From a bacterium (GTDB lineage Bacteria > SAR324 > XYD2-FULL-50-16): a stretch of DNA of 41,974 nucleotides. A program made the translations under genes and the position numbers. The stretch is from contig JAVVEA010000023.1 of the NCBI GenBank assembly GCA_032250835.1, forward strand, positions 1 to 41,974, read 5' to 3'. A model generated the notes under the pieces. That model was not told where the DNA came from, ran no database searches, and saw only the letters and a list, made by a program, of their open reading frames with translations. Below, in pieces: positions 9,901 through 18,300 of the stretch (the first letter of the stretch is position 1; each line of letters opens with the position of its first letter).

Positions 9901-10389
9901 GCCCTGAGCCAAGAGCATCTGGCTTTGTAGGCTCATAGCCGCTAAAGAAGGTGCCGCCACTTTGGTGGTGTATTCTGAAAGCAGTCGTTCAGCTAACTCA
10001 TAACGCCCGGCAACGCCGTGGATTTGGGCGAGTAAAAAAATAGTCTGGCCATATTCATCGGGCCGTTCGACTGCCTGGGGAGCCAGCTTTTGGTTTAGGT
10101 CCTGCAATAAAGACAAGGCAGGATCAGGGTTGCCTAAATTGACCAGCATTTCGGCAAAAGACAGTTCTGCCTGAAGGGTTAGGTCCGCCTGGGGGCCGAG
10201 CTCCTGCAAGGCTGCGTTGAATCCGCTTTGGGCTTGGCCCAGGGCTTCTTCATATTGGCCCGCTTGGTAGGACTGCTGGGCGGCGAGTAGGGTCTGGATG
10301 ATCTCCTTTTCACTGGCTTGGGTGGGCTGGGAGAGTAAGATGAAGAACCCCAAAAACCCGATTAGCGCCCCAAATACCTTGTTTCCCAT
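6916..10389 (-). CDS. Exported TPR-repeat CHAT (caspase-like) protease
   Basis: Start reassigned to 10389 (GGAGGAG RBS; MGNKVFGALIGFLGFFILLSQPTQA signal peptide). Many 42-aa kinesin-light-chain-type TPRs (NNLA..Y...G.Y..A). CHAT dyad IATHGFF and LSACETG; C-terminal HPYFWSAFVMVG. Confidence 0.9.
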   Translation of the reverse strand: MGNKVFGALIGFLGFFILLSQPTQASEKEIIQTLLAAQQSYQAGQYEEALGQAQSGFNAALQELGPQADLTLQAELSFAEMLVNLGNPDPALSLLQDLNQKLAPQAVERPDEYGQTIFLLAQIHGVAGRYELAERLLSEYTTKVAAPSLAAMSLQSQMLLAQGKHKEAEEALQAALKRHQDKLEDPEYLLARERLGQVYTAMGKYELAIKTYLPLVDDEKRILGDQVVTPWITLAELGEAHRKAGDLSAAESELDQALGQIRALTSEADPTYWQFVPYRAQLLQDLGRYPESKELFTQILSVNGQLYGETSPQYLIDLNNLAGVERLMGDWNDSRQHYQEALKLAEGLWGRENPEVLAIINNLALLTENQGLFEEAEPLYIEASNMAKKVLGKNHPTYYSLRNNLGMLYESQGVFPKALQTYSAALSAASSNLGNDHPTSLAISNNLGYLYLVTGEYPKAQERFERVYGIWKETLGEEHQRTLKAKNNLARVYAYQDQLDLAEPLFIAALRDREKVLGLNHPDAVRSRIDYASLKLQRGDRDGAMELVNKALDSAALTLGDAHPYTFEALNLKAKIQEAQKDPQGAIATLQEVFKRRNEFYNRVLWAAGENTRAGYIELHKQELYNLYRLLAAHPSQEHALLALQASLDRKGLLLKISSAITKVQSMTDQPELRQIALKLQAKKRRLAKKTLAGSEGQDPAAFKLSMGKLVNDINELERELGAKSAPFARKQVQVSADQLLNSLNADEALIDYVYYEDQDEPRMMALVVSKEKSNCIGFFTCWRPTARMVDLGPVDKLRAAVNFLREMIQDEYAAREDMELAATDAYAAIYSPLKQYVANKPALYVVPEDALYLLPYDAMIDEDGKFLIESQGIRILSSARDLVLESPAPPSQELMIMAGPDYFVENLTDVPQAHSGRRSALAVSAKGLRSLSFDPLDGAEAEGQLIEKMYPRKTEMFIKKAAEEQVLHRLQGPAPRYLHIATHGFFLKPEERLKKRLTSMQRGGNLSTPPPGDNPLFRAGLAFAGVNANASFLGLIDGDNDGVLTAQEVLSLELYGTELVVLSACETGVGEIQAGEGVYGLRRSFQESGVSSVVNSLWPVSDEGTQNLMTDFYGNLRKGENARQSLRDAKLALLAQEQWSHPYFWSAFVMVGPRDR

Positions 10390-10523
10390 TCGATCTCCTC
10401 CATTTGGCCTGAGCCTATTGGCAGTTAAAATTTTCTTCCTTCTAATATAAACGATTTGCATTCCCTTGACACCCCAAAAAAGGGTCATACCAGTCTGGTG
10501 GCGTCAGTAGCCTTTTAAATGGG

Positions 10524-11237
10524 TCAGCGGGTAAGGGGGCGCAAGTTTTCGTGGCGGACTTCGGGCAAGTTTTCGTGGCGCACTTCGGCTGGCTGAAGGG
10601 GCGGTAAACCCTCGACCAACTGGCCGGACTCTTTGCTTAATAGGTCCAACTTGGCGGCGGGGTTTAAGCTGCGGGGCGGGTCTGGAGGGCTCATGCGGTT
10701 GACTTGAGTCCAGCGGCCAGCCTTAAGTCGGCGCAGTTCTTCAGGGTAAGCAAGATTGGATACCTCAGCGCGGCCTTGAAACAAACTGACCCGCACCGAG
10801 CCTTCCTCGGATTCTACTACCAGTTCGGCCTTTTGGACGGTAACTAGCGTAGTCAAGCAGGTTAAGGTTAATTGTCCCTGGGTTCGGTCGACCCGGATCC
10901 TGGCTTTTCCTTTGGGTAGGCGGAGGCGGCGTCTTGTGCCTGTGGGGTCGGGGCCTGAAAGGTCGAGGTGGGTTTTAGAAAAGAGCATGATTTCTTCACC
11001 GGCGGCAATGAAGCTGACCCGGGCGCGGCTAGCGGCACCGGTAATGATGCGGTCCCCTTCTTGTAAACGTAGGCTTTGGCCGTTTTTATAGAGCAAGTGG
11101 GGTTGCTCACCGCGCAATAGCTGAACGCTGCCTTCTTCTAGCAGCAACAGGCCCACCGGCTGCGCCGCCCAGAGCATCGGGGAGCCACCGATAAGGACCA
11201 GCAAAAAACCAACCAGCCGAGGGATCATCAGGTTCAC
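10524..11237 (-). CDS. Exported FecR-domain protein
   Basis: Signal peptide; LQEGDRIITGAASRARV and VRVSLFQGRAEVS...LKAG are FecR-type strands; ATGA overlap with the upstream gene. Confidence 0.75.
   Translation of the reverse strand: MNLMIPRLVGFLLVLIGGSPMLWAAQPVGLLLLEEGSVQLLRGEQPHLLYKNGQSLRLQEGDRIITGAASRARVSFIAAGEEIMLFSKTHLDLSGPDPTGTRRRLRLPKGKARIRVDRTQGQLTLTCLTTLVTVQKAELVVESEEGSVRVSLFQGRAEVSNLAYPEELRRLKAGRWTQVNRMSPPDPPRSLNPAAKLDLLSKESGQLVEGLPPLQPAEVRHENLPEVRHENLRPLTR
10541..10588. repeat. 24-bp in-frame tandem duplication (EVRHENLP/EVRHENLR)
   Basis: GCAAGTTTTCGTGGCG(G/C)ACTTCGG at 10541-10564 and 10565-10588, 23/24 identical. Confidence 0.95.
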
Positions 11238-11824
11238 GCGTCCAAGCGGCGGGCGATGACCTTGAGGTCATGATTGAGCAACACACTCAAACTGACCTGG
11301 ACCAGCCGCAAAGTGGCCGTACGGCTTGAATCGCAATTTTTGCAATTGCCCGTAAAGTCCACAAAGAGCTTGTCGCCCTCTAAGGAAACTAGCTGAATCC
11401 CGCCGCCATCGGCGTCCAAATGAGGCCGTAAGCGTTCGTCTAAGACCCGCTCGATCTCTGCCAGCCAATCTTCGCGGGGTAGCCGGGCCAGCAAAATGGA
11501 GTCTTTCGATTGTTCCAGTTGCCGGCTGAGTTCTTGATAGCCGCCAAAATAGGCCCCTAAGTTATTAAACCCCTGGGCGGCCAATAGGTCTATACTTTCA
11601 CTTAATCCCTGGTTCTCGGCATTGGAATAAAAGAGATAACGCCGCCCAGGCGAAAAGAACAGTGCCTCTTCGGGCAGCAGCGTCCAGGGGATCGAGCGGG
11701 CCGCCGCTAGGTGCCCTTGGGCAAAGTCGCGAGGATCGCGGAGGTCGATCACCATCGGCGGGGGGTTGTGTTGCCGCTGTTGCAAAAAGGTTGCGGCATC
11801 CAAAAGGTAAGGTCGTTGGTTCAT
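11234..11824 (-). CDS. Rhodanese-like plus NifU C-terminal (Nfu) domain fusion
   Basis: VIDLRDPRDFAQGHLAAARSIP and GGYQ (rhodanese); ERVLDERLRPHLDADGGGIQLV...GNCKNCDSS (NifU-C with CxxC). Confidence 0.85.
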   Translation of the reverse strand: MNQRPYLLDAATFLQQRQHNPPPMVIDLRDPRDFAQGHLAAARSIPWTLLPEEALFFSPGRRYLFYSNAENQGLSESIDLLAAQGFNNLGAYFGGYQELSRQLEQSKDSILLARLPREDWLAEIERVLDERLRPHLDADGGGIQLVSLEGDKLFVDFTGNCKNCDSSRTATLRLVQVSLSVLLNHDLKVIARRLDA

Positions 11825-11890
11825 GTCACCATCTGGCAGAGCGTTGTCCGCTCAGTATAGCCGCTTGGGCCCAAAAGCCAAAGCCCAAAA

Positions 11891-12307
11891 TCACCCGAAG
11901 CAGCGAGCCGGGCAGTTGCCACATTCTTCGGGGCTGGTAGGGCGTTGGCTGAAGTTCAGTTGGTCTCCTTCCTGGTTCAGTCGTTGGACCAGATAAAAAA
12001 GTTTGCTCGAGTTTGGGGCGGTGCTCCACAGCAAATCCCACTCGCTCAGTAATCCGCTACTGCTGGCGAGGGCTTCACAACCCCCCAGAAGAAGCTCGTG
12101 GCAAGGGCCGTCTAGAGAGGCCAAACAGAGCTGTAGGTGGTTTTGTATATGGGGTCTCTCTAACATCTCGCCAATGCAGCTGAAGAAGTTTTCGATCAGT
12201 TGTTGGCCCGTTTCGCCCGACAGTTTGCCGCTGATGCGAACGAGCCCGCCGCCATAGGCTAGAATGCCTCCGCCTAGTTGCAATTCTCGGACAATGTCTT
12301 CGGACAT
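11891..12307 (-). CDS. Hypothetical protein with C-terminal CxxCxxxC; possibly distant SiaC/STAS-like fold
   Basis: Starts 6 nt after the stop of the giant kinase; ends ECGNCPARCFG; the LVRISGK...ENFF...DLLW pattern loosely recalls DUF1987. Confidence 0.55.
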   Translation of the reverse strand: MSEDIVRELQLGGGILAYGGGLVRISGKLSGETGQQLIENFFSCIGEMLERPHIQNHLQLCLASLDGPCHELLLGGCEALASSSGLLSEWDLLWSTAPNSSKLFYLVQRLNQEGDQLNFSQRPTSPEECGNCPARCFG

Positions 12308-12313
12308 GGGGGC

Positions 12314-15300
12314 CTAATCTTTTCTTAAAAAGGTTTCTAAGTTACGTAGCTTCTGGCTCAATTCTTCAAATAATTCTGGGGCCTCGGGCGGGCAGTGTTG
12401 CAAGACATAAAAGGCGGTCTGCAAGACGTCACGCCAGCGGGGGTTAGCCGGGAATTTGGAAAGTTTTAAATACCGATCCAAAGTGCGGGTGCGGTAGGTT
12501 CCATTTTTATCGACCGTTGAGTTCCAAATCGCTGATTCTTCGGCAAACTCTACTTTGCCTTTACTGGTCGTTTGGCTCCAGTAACGCAGCGATAGGTTCA
12601 TGATCTCCACCATCGCCTCGCGTTTGGACTGAACGCTGGGTAAGTCGGCATCGTCCAAGCGCGGCGGCAGGTTGCGCACCTCACGAAGCATACTGGCCCC
12701 ATCGTGGCCCAGCAAGGTACTTAAACCGCCCAAATGGGCCAATTCGCCGCTGCTTTTGCCGGGCGGGCGCAGGGAAACCAGCCAGCCTTGTTCTTCTGCG
12801 AGGGGTTCAAAAGACAAGGCCCAAGGGGGTTCGCTTGGGTTTAAGGTTAGTTGCTGTGGGGCTTGCGGGTCTTTTAAAGCCCGCTCTAGCTGCTGCATCA
12901 GTTGGGGGGCCGATGGATCTTCCATCAGCGTCTCGGCGCGGCGGTTGGCTAGGGTAAGGCGGAATTTTTGGTCCAGCGCGAATACAGGGCTTTCGGTTTG
13001 GTCAAAGAACCGTAACAACCCACGCTGACGGGCTTGTAGCTGCCGTTCTACTTGCCGGCGGCGCTCTACTTCAGCATGCAGTCGGCGGTTTTGCCGTTTG
13101 CGTTCTAAGGACCGACTGACCTCGATTTGTGCCTCAACGCGGGCTAACATTTCAGCTGCTTGGACTGGTTTGATCAGGTAATCGTTGGCCCCGGCGTTAA
13201 AGCCTTCTAAAATATCGTCCCCCCCTGCCCTGGCGGTCAATAAAATAACCGGTAACTCTTCGCGCCCCTTGAATTGGCGTAACTGGCGGCAGACTTCGAA
13301 CCCACTAACTTCAGGCAGCATCAGGTCCAGCAAGATGAGGTCAATCTTTGGCTCTAATTCAATGATCTCAAGAGCCTCCCTCCCATCGATGGCGCTCAAG
13401 CAATCGTAGCCTGACCGCACTAGGTATTGGCTTAAGGTGCGCTGTAAGATCAAGTCGTCTTCAACCACCAAAACCAACCCACGGGCGTCACTGCGGCGTG
13501 GTGCTTCGGTCGGTTCCGGGGCGATTTGGGCGCTGACGATTCGGGCTAGGGGTTGGGCTTTGCCTTGGTGGACCGGTAAGTTGAAGCGGAACAGGCTCCC
13601 CTCTGCGGGCTTGGACTCCACTTCCAACTGGCCTTTATGGAGCCGGACCAACTGGCTGGTTAGGGCCAAGCCCAACCCGGTACCTTCGCTATCAGGACGA
13701 CCTTGGCCGCGCTCGAACAACTCAAACAGGTTGTGCATCTGGTCTGGTTCGATGCCGATTCCCTGGTCGGCGACTTCCACTATAATTTGGTCGCCTTGCC
13801 GCTCGGCGCGGATCTCTACCTTGCCTTTGGGGGTGAATTTGATGGCGTTACCTACGAGGTTATACAAAATCTGTTGTAGGCGGTTTTCATCGGCGGCGAC
13901 GGCTTCTAGCTGGGCGGGCACCAAGTTGACCAACTCGACCGGTCGTTTGCCCGCTAAAGGCCGGCATAGGGTCAAGATATTTTCGGCTAAGCTGGGCAGA
14001 TGGATCGGGGCGAGCTGCAATTTTAAGCGGCGTTCCTTAAGCAACGAGAAATCAAGGATGTCATTGATCAGCCCCGTGAGCCGCTTACCTGATTGGATGA
14101 TTAATTGGAGGCGTTCTTGGTCGTCGCCCTTGGCTCCGCCTTGGGCCATCATTTCGGCCATGCCGATGATTCCCGCTAGGGGCGTGCGTAACTCATGGGA
14201 CGTATTGGCCAAAAATTCGTCCTTGAGGCGGTCCATGTCTTTGAGTTGTTCTACTAACTCCTGCTGCCTGCGGTATAACCGGGCATTTTCCCAGGAAATC
14301 TTGGCCTGCCCTAAAAGGACCCGCAACTGCTCCATCTGGGTCGCCCCGAAGGCCGCTTCGATCCGGTTGTTTTCCAAATACAATACGCCGGTCACTTCGT
14401 CGCCACTGGTGAACGGGGCAGCCAGCAACGAATGGACCTGATGGTTTTGGACATAGTGGTCGATGATGAAAGGGCCTCGGTTCAGGGCATCGTCTAAAAC
14501 CACATCTTCACCGGTGTGCAAAACATACCGCAAAACCGCCGCAGAATAACTCTGGTCTTCGGAAATCAGTTGACCGCCCACAGAGCAAAGGTCCGCCGCT
14601 AGTCGGGGCTGCCCATTTTCGATAAAAAATAACAGACCCTTTTCGGCCCCCGCTTGTTCCATGATGATCTGCAACATGGCGGGCATCAAACGCTCGGGGT
14701 CGATCTCCTTGGCGATGGTGGTCAACGCGGATAACAGGCCTCCTCGCGGGTTTTCTTCAGGGGCCGATTTTTCCGGTGCGGGAGGTAGCTGGTGGTCCGG
14801 GAAATATTTGGCGAACTGGTGGCGTACTTCTCGGATTTTTACTTCTGCGCCCCAGTTTCGGGCGGCATCTAACAGCGCGAAATAGAGCCCGCGGGCTTTG
14901 CGGGGTTTGTTTTGCTTCCAGGACAGGTGGGCGTAGGCCTCGACCAACAACATTTCATAAAACAACCGCCCCGAACGCGATAAGGACTCTTCTAGGGCTT
15001 CTAAGGGCCCAACTTCCGAGGATGCTTTGAGGCTTTTGGTTAACTCTAATTGGCGCGAGATTTCGCCAAAGTTAAGCGGGAATTGTTGGGCCAGCGCCTG
15101 GAGCTGGCTCTGCCCTTCGCTTTGGCCCAATTGGCCCTGCAAAAAAGCCATAAGGGCGATATAAGGCGGCTCAACCAGTGCCGGTTGGTTTTGCTGGGCG
15201 TGATATAAGGCTTTGACGGCCCGCTCGGGCTGCTCGACTAAAAAGTGAGTCAGTGCTTCAAACAGGGGGCCCCGGAAGGGGTCGTCGCTGCGTTCGTTGG

Positions 15301-18300
15301 CCAAAAACCCGGACTCAAATCCTTTGGGTACCGCCTTAAGTTGCCCCTGGGCCAGACGTTGGGCCTCTTTGAGCGACTCTGCTGCTCTAAGGGGGCCGCG
15401 CGGGCCTTCAAAAACCAAGGCGTAATACCAAAGGAGGCCACGCACCGCCCAGGCCTGATCACCCAAGGCAATGGCCTGCTCGATCCTGGGCCAAAGTTCC
15501 TGGGCACATTGGTTAAAGGGCTTTGTCCAAGGCCGCACCAAGGCCCATTCGATGAGCTCTATCCTAAGCTGCGCCCGTGGTTGGCCCCATTGGTCGGCCA
15601 TTTTTTTGGCCCCCAGGGTGTAGACCTCGGTCTGGGGCTCTTGACCCAGTTGGGCCGCTTGGGCGGCGAGTAACATCTGGGCCAAGGCTTGGCCTTCGCC
15701 GGGAGGTTGGTTTTTACCTAAACGCAAAATCAACTGCGCCGCCCAGAGGGCCGCATCACCAGGCTCTGAGAGTAAAGTCAAAAGGGCTTCGCTTAAAAAC
15801 CGCTTAGCCCAGCGCTGGACTTCATTGTCCTGCGTTAGCTGGGGCGTTGGTTCGGTGGGGTCCATTCCCAGCGCTTTAAAGCCGCGCTGCAAAGCCTGCT
15901 GGACGGCCGTGGTGAGCCCCATTTCCTGGGCCCAAACCAGCGCTAAGAGGGCGATGCGTATCTCCTGTACCTCAGTGCTCCCCGGCCCGAGGAGGTTGAT
16001 TTGCTTTTCTGCTTGCGGCATCCGCCGCAGGCGCAGCAAAACCCAAATCTCTCGCCAAGCCAATTCAAAATTTCCTGCCACCGCCTCGGCTAGCTCGTTG
16101 GTCGTGGGCTCTAATAGGTCCTTAAGAGCCAATTGCCCGGCTTGGTAGGCTTCGACTGCCGCTTCGAGCAAGCCCGCCTGCTCGGCCCATTCCCCGGCGG
16201 CGAGATCTAAGCGAGCCAATTCTAGTCGTTCGCCGGGGAAGACTAACAGGTGGCGCGCATGGTTATAGTGTTCGGTGATTTCAAATAACAAGGGGCTGTG
16301 AAGAAATCTCGGCTGCCGATGCCGCAGGACTACGGCGAGCGCCAAATGGGTTTCCGCCGCTTGTTCTGTGGGCATTTGCTGGATCAGCAATCGCCGGATT
16401 TCCGGGTGCACGAAGCGGAAGCTATTGGAGTAGCTAAGCATCAATCCCATGGCTTCCGCCTGCCCAAGCAAGCGGCGCAGCAGGGGTTTGGGCAACAAAG
16501 AAAGGTCACGGAGTAAGTCTAGATCCACCGGATCGCCCATGATGGCGATCTGTTGGAGTAGTTGGCGTAGCTGGGGATCTAAAGCCTCCAACCGCCGCTC
16601 GATGAGTAGCGGGATGCCCTCGGTTTGCAGTTGCTGGCTAACCAACTCTAAGTCCCAAAGCCAGCCACTGCCGGGTTTATGCTGGAGCAGTCCACTTTCT
16701 TGTAAGCTTTGTAAGATCTGCTGTAACAGCAAAGGGTTGCCTTGGCTGGTTTCCCACAGCAATTTGGCTAGCGGAACGGTCTGGTCCGGGGGGGTGCCTA
16801 AGGTTTGCTCGGTCCATCGTTGGGTCTGGGCCGAGTCCAGGGGTTCTAAACGTTGGTAGTCGGCCTTTACAAAGGTGGAAAGCCGCTGGAACAGTCGGGT
16901 GGCCGCAGGGCCCGAATCATGGGTGGCCAACAGGGCAGCTGAAGTGGGTAGCTGCTCCAACAGGCTTTCTAACAGGGGCAGGTCTGGGTCTTGAAGCCAT
17001 TGCAAATCGCCTAAAGAGAGCACCACCAACCCATATTGCTGGGTCATCAGGCGCAATAATTGGCTCAAAGCGCTGGCCAAACCCGTTGTGGCCCCCGGGG
17101 CCACTGGGGCTAAGTGGCGGATTTCTGGGGCAAAGTCGACCAAAACCTGCGGCACCGGCCCCATTTGCTCTAGGATCAACCGACGCCAAGTTTGTATTTG
17201 CTGGTCCGGTTCCCACAACAACTGGCGCAACCAAGCGCTTAAGCCTCGGCCTAAAATAGCGGCCAAACCGCCGTGGTTTAGTTCGTCATGGATTAATAGC
17301 CAGCCACGCTGCCGGATCACCGGTGCCAAGGACTCCACAAAACGTTCCATGCTCCGCCCGGTGGAACCCTCGATCCAAATCAACTGTCCGGGCTTGCCCA
17401 CCCCCCGTTCTAATCGATGGACCAAGTCACGACGGGATTTTCGTTGGATATGGGCCGGTTCGGGGAAGTGTAGCTGAACTGGGCGGTCCGCTGCGCCGAT
17501 TTGGAAGCTTTCGCCCGCTTCTAGGGCCGACAAATCGGCTAAGAGGCCTTTGCAGCTTTGGTAACGTTCATTGGGGTCGATCTTGATCAGCCGGTCGACC
17601 ACTGCGCTCAGTTGGGGGTCCGTCTGGGGGAATCGCTGAATCGGCGGCGGGGGAGGGTTGCCAGTTTTTGAATACATCACCTCAATCCCTTCGAGCCCCG
17701 CAAAGGGACACTGCCCTAGCAACAATCGATAGAGCAAAACGCCTAAGGCATATAGATCGCTACGCAGGTCCAGGCTGCGGGGGATTAGGCCCAGTAACTC
17801 CGGCGAGTGGTAAATGAGCGCCGGGTCGCCCATCGGCGCCTCAAGGGGGCCTTCAAACTGCTCGGGCTCAGCGGCTTTGCAGAGGCCAATGAGCTTGAGC
17901 TGATCGCTTTGGGGGTGGTAGAGTACGTGCCCCATCTCTAGATTGCGGTAAAGTAACCTAAGCTGGTGTAGGGCCTCTAACGCTTCGGCCGTTTGGCGGG
18001 CAATGGACAAAAACAGGCCCCGCTCTAAGGCCTGCCCTTCGTAAAGCCGGTCTAAGGACTGCCCATTAAAGGCTTGCAGGGTCAGGGTCAACCGGCCTTC
18101 AAGCATTTCTAGTCCTAAGGCGCGGACAAAGCGGGGGCCCCGTAGCTGTTCGCTAAGATAAAACTCTTGGCGCAGTCGAGCTAGGATTTGGGGGTCCGCG
18201 TTGAGGTCTAAGGCCTGCTTTAATACTAGCTGCTCGCCCTCCGGGTTACTCGCAAGCGTCACGCGGTAGCGGAATCCTAGATGGAGTTCTTCAATCAATT

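Noticed and set aside
3661-10389. CBASS-like defence pair (CD-NTase plus caspase-like effector)
   Set aside because: The NTase motifs and length fit class I adenylate cyclase; the CHAT protein has a signal peptide and no SAVED/CARF/STING sensor; no Cap2/Cap3. Kept only as a remote alternative.
10390-10488. N-terminal extension of the CHAT ORF in the track
   Set aside because: AT-rich promoter-like sequence; the strong RBS and signal peptide point to the 10389 start.
11826-12041. Frameshifted continuation of the 138-aa gene (71-aa ORF ending next to the rhodanese start)
   Set aside because: The 138-aa frame ends in a coherent Cys motif; the alternative frame has no recognisable content and no clear slippery site.
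12672-17586. Many plus-strand ORFs opposite the giant kinase, including 13437-14441 (334 aa)
   Set aside because: Antisense shadows of a GC-biased coding strand, Ser/Arg/Trp-rich with no motifs. The same applies to 45-260, 40507-41235 and other antisense ORFs over housekeeping genes.
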